Assembly: GCA_035495555.1 (NCBI GenBank)
Contig: DATJFQ010000022.1
Span: 61,273-125,272, forward strand
From: Vicinamibacterales bacterium
Lineage (GTDB): Bacteria; Acidobacteriota; Vicinamibacteria; Vicinamibacterales; 2-12-FULL-66-21
DNA length: 64,000 nt
Direction of reading: 5' to 3'
The translations under genes and the position numbers were made by a program. Position 1 is the stretch's first letter. Each line of letters starts with the position of its first letter. The notes under the pieces are model-generated. The model saw nothing but the letters and a program-made list of their open reading frames with translations, searched no databases and was not told where the DNA came from. Positions 26,981 to 34,598 of the stretch are shown one piece after another.

Positions 26981-28422
26981 GTTTGTCGTAATTCCCGGGC
27001 ACGCCGCGCCGCCGCGGCGAAAAGGCCGTTCGGCGGCCGCTGCCCCGTCCAGATCTCGAACTGACGTTCGGCTTGCGCGATGAGCATGTCGAGGCCGCCG
27101 ATCACCTGACAGCCGGACTCTTCGGCGCGGCTGATCAACTCGGTCCGCTCCGGGTCGTACACGAGGTCATAGACGAGGCTGCCATCCAGCGGATGCTCGA
27201 TCGGCAGGCCCGGAGTTCCGCGGCTTCCAACCGGCGTTGCGTTGATCAAGAGGTCCCACGATCCCGGCGGCGGAGGCCACGTGCAGGACTCCACACCCAC
27301 CGCCTGTGCCGCCTCGTCTCCCGCGGCCGCGCGGCGTGCGCTCATCGCGACGCGCGCACCTTGCGCCCGGAGTGCCACGGCCGCCGCCCGTGCCGCGCCG
27401 CCCGCGCCAAGGATCACTGCACGCGCGCCGAGCAGCGGAACATTCCGACGCTGCAGCGGCTCGAGGAATCCCTCGGCGTCGGTATTCATTCCGATCCACC
27501 GGCCATCGCGAATGGCGATGGTGTTGACCGCCCCGGCTGCGGCGGCACTCGGCGCCAGATCGTCGAGCGCCGCCATCACCGTCTGCTTGAAAGGGATGGT
27601 GACGCTGAAGCCGCGGACGTTCAGCGACGACGCCACGTCGCGAAGTCCCTGCAGATCGCCGGTGTCGAACGGCACGTAGGCGGCATTGAGACCGAGCGCG
27701 GCAAAACCGGCGTTGTGCATGGCGGGCGACAACGATCGGGAAACGGGACGCCCGAGGACACCGTAAACGGCGGCGTCGCCGCGAATCCGCCGGAAGCGGA
27801 ATTCCTGCAGGAGCCGCGCTGCAGACAGCTGTCCCGGCGCGACCTCGTCGCCCGCATACGTCCATCGCGAGTGGAAACGCCCTGCAAGCACACGCGTGGC
27901 AAGGCCCGCGTCGCCCATGCCGATGACGATTGACGGCGGGTCGTACGTCGCCGCCTGCGTCAGCCGGGTGAGCTCCGAGATCGAATCGACGGTCATGGCG
28001 AGCTTCGCGACCTCGGCGCCGGAGGTTCGCAACCCCCGTATCAACTCGCCCGGATCGGCGGAGGACTTCTCGAAGCAGTGACGCGAGACGATGACGCCTC
28101 GGCCCCGGCGCGCGCGGATCAGTTCCACCGAATCCGCGTCCCACTCGACGTCGACGTATTCGGCGCCCCGCGCGAAAGCGTCGCGCAGAATTCCGAGCCG
28201 TTCGGATTCCGGGCCGGCGAACCGGCCGCCTTCGCGGACAGGACGGCACGTCACGATCACCGGCTTGCGGCGCCCTTCGAGCGCCGCGGCGGCATCGGGG
28301 CGCGACACGAAGTCCAGCCGGAGCTCCACCAGGTCGGCGTCCGCTTCAGCGGTTTCGCGCGCGCGGCGGAGCGCCTCGGTCGTGGCGCCGGTGACCGTCA
28401 CACAAAGTTCGGGCTCGGACAT
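26977..28422 (-). CDS. aroDE: bifunctional 3-dehydroquinate dehydratase (type I) / shikimate 5-dehydrogenase
   Basis: The N-terminal half resembles AroD (LCVTVTG...DLVELRLD...VDVEW...KLAM). The C-terminal half resembles AroE (YGVLGRPVSRSLSPAMHNAGF...VTIPFK...NTDAEGF...ILGAGGAA). I prefer the ATG at 28422 (MSEPELCV). The ORF-track extension to 28539 runs through a terminator hairpin and the leader ORF. Confidence 0.85.
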   Translation of the reverse strand: MSEPELCVTVTGATTEALRRARETAEADADLVELRLDFVSRPDAAAALEGRRKPVIVTCRPVREGGRFAGPESERLGILRDAFARGAEYVDVEWDADSVELIRARRGRGVIVSRHCFEKSSADPGELIRGLRTSGAEVAKLAMTVDSISELTRLTQAATYDPPSIVIGMGDAGLATRVLAGRFHSRWTYAGDEVAPGQLSAARLLQEFRFRRIRGDAAVYGVLGRPVSRSLSPAMHNAGFAALGLNAAYVPFDTGDLQGLRDVASSLNVRGFSVTIPFKQTVMAALDDLAPSAAAAGAVNTIAIRDGRWIGMNTDAEGFLEPLQRRNVPLLGARAVILGAGGAARAAAVALRAQGARVAMSARRAAAGDEAAQAVGVESCTWPPPPGSWDLLINATPVGSRGTPGLPIEHPLDGSLVYDLVYDPERTELISRAEESGCQVIGGLDMLIAQAERQFEIWTGQRPPNGLFAAAARRARELRQT

Positions 28423-28465
28423 AAAACGCAAAAGCCCCCTCAACCGCTGGGATTGAGGGGGCTTT
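28419..28465 (-). terminator. intrinsic terminator in the 5' leader of the aro-trp supraoperon (attenuator terminator)
   Basis: The minus strand reads AAAGCCCCCTCAA tcccagcgg TTGAGGGGGCTTT TGCGTTTT ATG: a perfect 13-bp stem, a 9-nt loop and a U-rich tail. No minus-strand gene lies upstream, so it sits in a leader rather than at a gene end. Confidence 0.8.
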
Positions 28466-28499
28466 GGAATGCCGTTGGTGTCGTTGCTCGCGGCCGCAG

Positions 28500-28583
28500 C
28501 TAGCCGTTTGCCCCCTCGTGGGACGTAAACCACCACCAATACGCATACGGCGCGCAGACGGAACGGCGGTTGACGGCGGGCAT
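28500..28583 (-). CDS. putative aromatic/Trp leader peptide, 27 aa (MPAVNRRSVCAPYAYWWWFTSHEGANG)
   Basis: Own translation; the ORF is too short for the ORF track. Three consecutive TGG codons (28538->28530) are flanked by Tyr, Tyr and Phe codons. Codons 23-25 contain GAGGGGGC, which is complementary to the 5' arm of the downstream terminator. Confidence 0.7.
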   Translation of the reverse strand: MPAVNRRSVCAPYAYWWWFTSHEGANG

Positions 28584-28829
28584 GCTGCTCACGAGAGGTT
28601 CACGATATCACACGACAGCCGGGGATGAAACCGCGGCTTCACGACCGTTTTCAACGGGTCGCTCCGGCCGAATCGACCAGAATGTCGGCGGCGAGCGCCC
28701 ATTCGACCGTGAGCTCCGTCTGCGCGCGCCCACCGCCGCAAAACGTGCTATAAAGGGCTGATACACAAGGACATTTCTGTTTGCTGATTCGTCACTCAGC
28801 ACTCCGAAATCTCAGCTTCAATTCACCGT

Positions 28830-30665
28830 ATGAGAATCCGGGTTCTGCTCGCAGCCGCCGCGATCGCGGCCGGACTTGTCACTTCTCTGCCCGCGTCCAC
28901 CGCCCTGATGCCGATCGACGAGGTGCGTCCCGGAATGGACGGCGTCGGGCGGACGGTGTTCCAGGGCGCCGACCCCCAGGACTTCACCGTCCACATCATC
29001 GGCGTGCTGAAAAACGTGCAGGCGCCGCAGCGGGACCTGATTCTCGCCAGGCTCGAAGGCGGTCCGCTCGCCGCGACGGGCGTCATTGCGGGCATGAGCG
29101 GCAGCCCCGTCTACATCGATGGACGACTCGTGGGCGCCATCTCGTACTCAATCGGATCGTTCTCGAAGGAACCGATCGCGGGCATCACGCCGATCGGTGA
29201 AATGATCGATGCCACGGCGACGGCATCCACCCGGCGCGCGAACGCGCCGGCGGCGTCCCGCATTCCGCTGCCGATCACGCCGCAGAACCTCGCGTCGGCG
29301 ATCCGAAGCGCGTACGCGCAGGTCGCGGCGTTCGCCGACCGGCCCGCCGACGTGCAGTCGATCGGGATGCCCGCTGCGTCCGGCGCGCAGATCGGTGCGA
29401 TGCTCAGGCCGATCGCCACTCCGCTCGTGCTGAGCGGCTTCGACGCGCGTACGGCGGATCTCGTCACGTCCATGTTCGGCGGCGCGGGGTTCACGCCGAT
29501 GCTGGGCGGCGCGGCGGGAACCCCGGATGACACGAAGCCGGCCCCGCTGCGGCCGGGCGATCCCGTAGGCGTCCAGCTGCTCAGCGGCGATGGCGAAATG
29601 GGCGCCACCGGAACCGTCACACACGTCGACGGCACCCGCGTCTACGCATTCGGGCACCCGTTCTTCAACGTCGGGCCGGCGGAATTCCCCATGACGCGCG
29701 CGCGCGTTTACACGACGCTCCCGAGCCTGCAGTCCTCGTTCAAGATCGCGACGATGGGCGACGTGATCGGCTCTGTGCAGCAGGATCGGGCAACGGCGAT
29801 CGCGGGAACGCTCGGCGCAGGGCCCCGGCTGATTCCGATCCACGTGTCGTTGACGTCGGACCGCGGCCCTGAACACACCTTCACCTTCAACATCGTCAAC
29901 GACCAGTTGTTCACGCCGCTGCTCGCCTACGTGTCGCTGTTCAACACGCTCGGGAGCTACGAGCGGCAGTTCGGCGCGGCGACGTTCAGCGTCAAGGGCA
30001 GCGCGCAGTTCGCGGATCACGCGAGCCTCGACTTCGACGACATTTTCACCGGCGATGGCCCGATCGCCGGCGCCTCGGCGTACGTGGCGGGACCGCTGAC
30101 GATGCTGCTCGCGAACGATCTCGAACGTGTCGACTTGAAATCCCTGGACCTGAAAATCGCGGCGTCCGAAGAGTCGCGCAGCGCAACCATCGAACGGGTG
30201 TGGATCGACGAAGTGCGTCCGCGCGCGGGCCAGACTGTCCCGCTCAAGGTGCTCACGCGCAACTATCGCGGGGCCGAAACGATTTCGACGATCCCGATCG
30301 ACATCCCGTCGAACGCGAGCGGGCAGCTCACCGTGCTCGTGACCGACGGCAAGCAGCTCAATCAGCTCGAGGCGCACGAGCTTCGCCGCGAGCTCGAGCC
30401 GCAGAGCGTCGCGCAGATGATCCGCGTGCTGAACGAAACCCATCGCAACAACCGCATCTACGTGCGGCTGCTGACGGGAAGCCCGGGCGCCGTCATCAAC
30501 GGCGAGGCGATGACCTCGCTTCCCCCGTCGGTGCTGGCCGTCCTCGACGGTGACCGCAGCAGCGGCGACTTCACCCCGATCCGGAGCGCCGCGATCGGCG
30601 AATGGGAACTGCCGATGACGTCAGCCGTGTCGGGGACGCGCGCGCTCACCATCGACGTTCGTTGA
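28830..30665 (+). CDS. secreted peptidase S55 (SpoIVB-like) family protein
   Basis: Signal peptide, then the GVIAGMSGSPVYIDGRLVGAISY serine motif, as in SpoIVB-type proteases. Confidence 0.7.
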   Translation: MRIRVLLAAAAIAAGLVTSLPASTALMPIDEVRPGMDGVGRTVFQGADPQDFTVHIIGVLKNVQAPQRDLILARLEGGPLAATGVIAGMSGSPVYIDGRLVGAISYSIGSFSKEPIAGITPIGEMIDATATASTRRANAPAASRIPLPITPQNLASAIRSAYAQVAAFADRPADVQSIGMPAASGAQIGAMLRPIATPLVLSGFDARTADLVTSMFGGAGFTPMLGGAAGTPDDTKPAPLRPGDPVGVQLLSGDGEMGATGTVTHVDGTRVYAFGHPFFNVGPAEFPMTRARVYTTLPSLQSSFKIATMGDVIGSVQQDRATAIAGTLGAGPRLIPIHVSLTSDRGPEHTFTFNIVNDQLFTPLLAYVSLFNTLGSYERQFGAATFSVKGSAQFADHASLDFDDIFTGDGPIAGASAYVAGPLTMLLANDLERVDLKSLDLKIAASEESRSATIERVWIDEVRPRAGQTVPLKVLTRNYRGAETISTIPIDIPSNASGQLTVLVTDGKQLNQLEAHELRRELEPQSVAQMIRVLNETHRNNRIYVRLLTGSPGAVINGEAMTSLPPSVLAVLDGDRSSGDFTPIRSAAIGEWELPMTSAVSGTRALTIDVR

Positions 30666-30682
30666 TCGGACGCACGAGCCAC

Positions 30683-32953
30683 ATGCCACCACGTCTTTTC
30701 CGTTTCGGGCGGGCCCTCGTGTGGCCGCTCGCTGGCATCGCCCTGACCGTCACGCTTGGCGCCGCGGCGCCGACGTTCTGGACCGTGTCGACGCAAAGCG
30801 ACTTTCTCAAAGGCGACGTCGAGAACCTCTCGATTGATGCCGACGGCCGCGTGTCACTGGGGCCGGAGACCAGGCGCCTCGCCGATACGTCCGCGCCATT
30901 CATCTGGTCCGTTGTCGCCGCGAGCGATGGCGCCCTGTGGGCCGGGACCGGCAACGAGGGGCAGGTCCTCCGCGTGGCGAAGGACGGCAAAGCGACGACC
31001 ATTTTCGACGCGACGGAGATCGAAGTGCACGCGCTCGCGCCCGCGCCAGACGGCGGCATGTATGTCGGAACGTCTCCTGACGGAAAGATCTATCGCGTCG
31101 CGGCCGATGGCAAGTCGACGACGTTTTTCGACCCCGACGATAAATACATCTGGGCTCTCGCGGTCGCGTCCGACGGCACCGTCTACGCGGGCACTGGCGA
31201 GAAGGGCGTCATCTATCGCATCGGCGCAGACGGCAAAGGCTCGGTGTTCTACAAGACGAACTCGACAAACGTCGTGTCGCTCGCCATCGACCACGAGGGC
31301 AACGTCATCGCCGGCACCGAATCGCCCGGCCGGATCTTCCGCATCGATAAAACGGGCAAGGCTTTCGTGCTGCTCGATTCGCCGTTCAAAGAGATCCACG
31401 CGGTGCGCGTGGCGGACGACGGGAGGATCTACGCGGCCGCGTTCAGCGGAACGCCGGGCGGCGAAGACCGGCCGTCGGTTCCGGTGTCCTCGGCGCCGTC
31501 CGAGCCGTCCACGGCGAGTGCGTCCGTTCCGAACGTGACGGCGGAAGTAACGTCGATCACCGTCGTCGACGCCGGGGCGTCCACCGGAGCCGGACCGACG
31601 ACGCGCGAGTCGCGAGCGCACAACGCGAAGGGGGCGATTTATCGCATCCGTACCGACGGCCTGTGGGACACCGTCTGGGAACCGACGGACGACTGGCCGT
31701 TCGATCTCCTGATCGAGAACGACGGATCGCTGCTCGTCGGCACGGGGAAGGAAGGCAAGCTGTTCCGCATCGCAGGCGAGCCCGCGCGTGCCACGTTGAT
31801 TGGGCGCGCCGGCGCGCGGCAGATCACGTCGCTCGTCCGCGACGGCTCCGGCCGCGTCGTCGCCGCGACCAGCAATCCCGGTCGGTTGTTCGCGGTCGCG
31901 AGCACCCGCGCCCCGACGGGCAAGTACGACTCAGACGTCCGCGACGCGGGCACGGTTGCGACGTGGGGCGCGATCCGCTGGCGCGCATCGGGGAATCCGG
32001 CGGACGTGCAGCTCTTCACGCGCTCGGGAAATACCGCGACGCCGGACGATACCTGGAGTGCGTGGTCGCAGGCGTATACGAGGGCCGGCGGCGAATCCAT
32101 TACGAGCCCGAATGCGCGATACCTGCAGTGGCGCGCGGTACTCTCGGCAACCCCGAGCGGGGGCGCCGGACCCGTGCTCACCTCCGTGACGACGGCGTAC
32201 CTGCCGCGCAATCTGCCGCCCGCCGTTTCAAGTATCACGGTGCATCCGCCGGGCACGGTCTTTCAACGGCCCTTCTCGACCGGCGAACTGGAGATTGCCG
32301 GATTCGACGACAACACCTCCGACGGCCGCGTGCAGGCGCAGCAGGCCTCGCAATCCTCGAGCGCCGTTCCGACGCTGCCGTCCCCGGCACTCGGACGGAA
32401 GGTCTATCAGAAGGGGCTGCAGACATTCGTCTGGAAGGCGGACGACGACAACGACGATCGGCTGCAGTACGACGTGTACTATCGCCGCGAGGGGGAAACC
32501 GCGTGGCGACCGCTGAAGCGCGGCTTGTGGGATCCAATCTTCGTCTGGGACACCACGTCGGTGCCCGACGGCACGTACTACATCAAGGTGACGGCGTCCG
32601 ATGCGCCGTCCAACTCACCGGCGACCGCGCTGACGGGTGAGCTCGAGAGCACGAGCTTCGACGTCGACAACACAGCGCCTCATATCGAGGTCCTCTCCGC
32701 GGTGCGCAACGGGAGCAAGGCTGTTATCACGTTCGTGGTGCGGGACGACCAGACCGCCGTCCAGCGGGTCGAGTATTCGTTGGATGCGAGCCGCTGGCAG
32801 GTGGCGTATCCGGTCGACGGGATTGCCGACTCACGGGAGGAGAAATACCAGGTCACGATAGACGGCAGCGAGGCCGTCCGCAGCGTGATCATCCGGGCGT
32901 CGGACGCGATGAATAACGTCTCTACGGCCGTAGCGGAGGTGAAGCGGCCATAG
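30683..32953 (+). CDS. beta-propeller repeat protein with C-terminal Y_Y_Y/Ig-like domains
   Basis: Repeated ...DG.(I/V)Y(A/V)GT...G.(I/V)(Y/F)R(I/V)..DGK... blades. C-terminal LQYDVYYRREGETAWRPL (Y_Y_Y-like). ATG 30683 (MPPRLFRFG, signal-like) lies just after the S55 gene stop. Confidence 0.7.
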   Translation: MPPRLFRFGRALVWPLAGIALTVTLGAAAPTFWTVSTQSDFLKGDVENLSIDADGRVSLGPETRRLADTSAPFIWSVVAASDGALWAGTGNEGQVLRVAKDGKATTIFDATEIEVHALAPAPDGGMYVGTSPDGKIYRVAADGKSTTFFDPDDKYIWALAVASDGTVYAGTGEKGVIYRIGADGKGSVFYKTNSTNVVSLAIDHEGNVIAGTESPGRIFRIDKTGKAFVLLDSPFKEIHAVRVADDGRIYAAAFSGTPGGEDRPSVPVSSAPSEPSTASASVPNVTAEVTSITVVDAGASTGAGPTTRESRAHNAKGAIYRIRTDGLWDTVWEPTDDWPFDLLIENDGSLLVGTGKEGKLFRIAGEPARATLIGRAGARQITSLVRDGSGRVVAATSNPGRLFAVASTRAPTGKYDSDVRDAGTVATWGAIRWRASGNPADVQLFTRSGNTATPDDTWSAWSQAYTRAGGESITSPNARYLQWRAVLSATPSGGAGPVLTSVTTAYLPRNLPPAVSSITVHPPGTVFQRPFSTGELEIAGFDDNTSDGRVQAQQASQSSSAVPTLPSPALGRKVYQKGLQTFVWKADDDNDDRLQYDVYYRREGETAWRPLKRGLWDPIFVWDTTSVPDGTYYIKVTASDAPSNSPATALTGELESTSFDVDNTAPHIEVLSAVRNGSKAVITFVVRDDQTAVQRVEYSLDASRWQVAYPVDGIADSREEKYQVTIDGSEAVRSVIIRASDAMNNVSTAVAEVKRP

Positions 32954-32960
32954 CGACTGA

Positions 32961-33158
32961 CCGATAGCCAGTGGCCAGTTCCCGGTGGCCAGTAGGCAGT
33001 TCCGAGTAGCCAGTTCCCAGTGGCCAGTTTCCAGTTCCCAGTAGGCGGTTCCCAGTAGCCAGCTCCCGATAGCTAGTTCGCAGGTACAGCTGGAGACTGG
33101 CAACTGGGAACTGGCTACTGGCTACTGGCTACTGGCTACTGGCTACTGGCTACTGGTT
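32961..33158. repeat. about 200-bp inverted pair of heptamer arrays: about 16 x NNCCAGT, then 9 x ACTGGNN (including 6 perfect ACTGGCT)
   Basis: Read directly. The left arm (32961-33075) has a 7-nt period ending in CCAGT. The right arm (33096-33158) is its complement. It fills the gap between two convergent genes. Confidence 0.9.
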
Positions 33159-33904
33159 CAGCCGCGCTTCCCTTTTCCGGTCACGGTCATGTGCTCGACG
33201 AGCCAGACCATGTTGACCGCGACGGGATCGCCGCCGTCGCGGGCAGGTTCGAGTTGCGCGCCGGTCAGCCCGCGCAGCAGCGCCTGATGACGACGGTCGC
33301 GGTCGTTCGCGAGCACCTGCAGGCCTGAGATCCGTCCTTCACGGGTCACGATCGCCGCGAGCGCCACGCTCAAGTCGCCTTCCGAGCCGGACCGCTCCAG
33401 GGCCGCGCTGACGATCCCGTCTTCCGGCACGGTGGGCGCCTGAATCCATCCGTCGAGGCTCGCCGGATTCAGGTCCGATCCGGACGGCGCGGCCACTGCC
33501 GCGATCATCGCGGCCAGCGAATCGTCGCGTTCCGGCGAGGCGAAATGCAGCATGCCGAACACGATCACCCCGCAGAGAATCGTGCCGGCGGTCGCCGCCA
33601 GACCGATCCACACGAGGTGCATGTCATCGAACATGCGGGCGACACGCGCCGTGAGCGATTCGTACGCTTCGGCGCGCATGCGGCTGATGACGCCGGGACG
33701 AAGCCCCGTCCAGTCGTCGGCCGGCCCCGGGGCTGCGCCTATCCGCATGGCGCTTCCCAGATCGAAGAACTCCTGGAGAGCCGTCGCGCAGCGCGGGCAG
33801 CCCCCAAGATGGTTCTGCACCGAAATCCGCTGCTGGATCGGCAGTTCGTCGTCGTAAAACGCGGCGAGGTGTTTCCGCACCGCCGCGCAGGTCAGTACGG
33901 TCAT
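33158..33904 (-). CDS. anti-sigma factor (zf-HC2, one TM helix)
   Basis: CAAVRKHLAAFYDDELPIQQRISVQNHLGGCPRCATAL (H-x3-C-x2-C) and a TM helix VWIGLAATAGTILCGVIVFGML. 4-nt overlap with the sigma gene. Confidence 0.8.
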   Translation of the reverse strand: MTVLTCAAVRKHLAAFYDDELPIQQRISVQNHLGGCPRCATALQEFFDLGSAMRIGAAPGPADDWTGLRPGVISRMRAEAYESLTARVARMFDDMHLVWIGLAATAGTILCGVIVFGMLHFASPERDDSLAAMIAAVAAPSGSDLNPASLDGWIQAPTVPEDGIVSAALERSGSEGDLSVALAAIVTREGRISGLQVLANDRDRRHQALLRGLTGAQLEPARDGGDPVAVNMVWLVEHMTVTGKGKRG

Positions 33905-34518
33905 GCGTCCCTCAACTGTCCGCGAAGGCTCTCACGGGCGCGGGCCAGGCGGGATTTCACCGTGCCAACCGCAATCCCGAGCGAGTAGCCGATTTCTTCA
34001 TAACTGAGGCCGTCGAGTTCCCGGAGGACCAGCGCCGTTTTCTGGTCGAACGGCAGCCGATCGAGGGCCGTCCGAATCCGCTCCGCCAGGAGCTTTTGAC
34101 CGAGCAGCCGGTCCGGCGATGCACCTTGCGCGGGCTCGGGCACGTCGCCGTGGTCCTGAATGTGCTGATCGAGCGACACCTGCTGCGCCCGGTGCCGCCG
34201 CCGCCACCACCTCTGCCTGTTCCGCGCCTGATTGACGACGATCCGGTAGATCCAGGTCCGGAGGCTGGAGTGCCCGCGGAACGTGTGAATGGTCCGGAAC
34301 ACCCGGAGAAAGACCTCTTGGGAGAGGTCGAGCGCTTCGTTGTGGTCGTTGAGGAGGTTCAGGGAGAGCTGATACACCATGCGCTGGTGCTCGCTCACGA
34401 GCTGGGCGCACGCGTCCTCGTCGCGCGCAGCACAGCGCTGGATGAGGGCGGCTTCCTTGCCGCCGACATCCGACCATGTAATGGCTCGGACCTGTTTCAC
34501 CGACAGCTCTTCCGCCAT
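33901..34518 (-). CDS. ECF RNA polymerase sigma factor
   Basis: Region 2 (ALDLSQEVFLRVFRTIHTFRGHSSLRTWIYRIVVNQARN) and region 4 (LPFDQKTALVLRELDGLSYEEIGYSLGIAVGTVKSRLARARESL). Confidence 0.9.
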   Translation of the reverse strand: MAEELSVKQVRAITWSDVGGKEAALIQRCAARDEDACAQLVSEHQRMVYQLSLNLLNDHNEALDLSQEVFLRVFRTIHTFRGHSSLRTWIYRIVVNQARNRQRWWRRRHRAQQVSLDQHIQDHGDVPEPAQGASPDRLLGQKLLAERIRTALDRLPFDQKTALVLRELDGLSYEEIGYSLGIAVGTVKSRLARARESLRGQLRDA

Positions 34519-34598
34519 TGTACTCCGCCTGAAACGTTAGATCCCGGTTTCGGGGGAAAGTTCCGGCGCCTTCGCAGGTTCCTGTTACGATCCACGCC

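Noticed and set aside
28423-28539. N-terminal extension of the aroDE ORF (track start 28539, MVVVYVPRGG...).
   Set aside because: The extension reads through the terminator hairpin and overlaps the WWW leader ORF in another frame. The AroD-like sequence begins at MSEPELCV (ATG 28422).
32961-33158. Could the short tandem arrays (here and at 1551, 14797, 35990, 52831) be CRISPR arrays?
   Set aside because: The units are 7-8 nt with no unique spacers, and no cas genes are present. They are microsatellite-like arrays, not CRISPRs.
34533-34564. ECF-type promoter GGAAC...CGTT upstream of the second ECF sigma gene (minus strand).
   Set aside because: The spacer between AAC and CGTT is 23 nt, far from the 16-17 nt expected.
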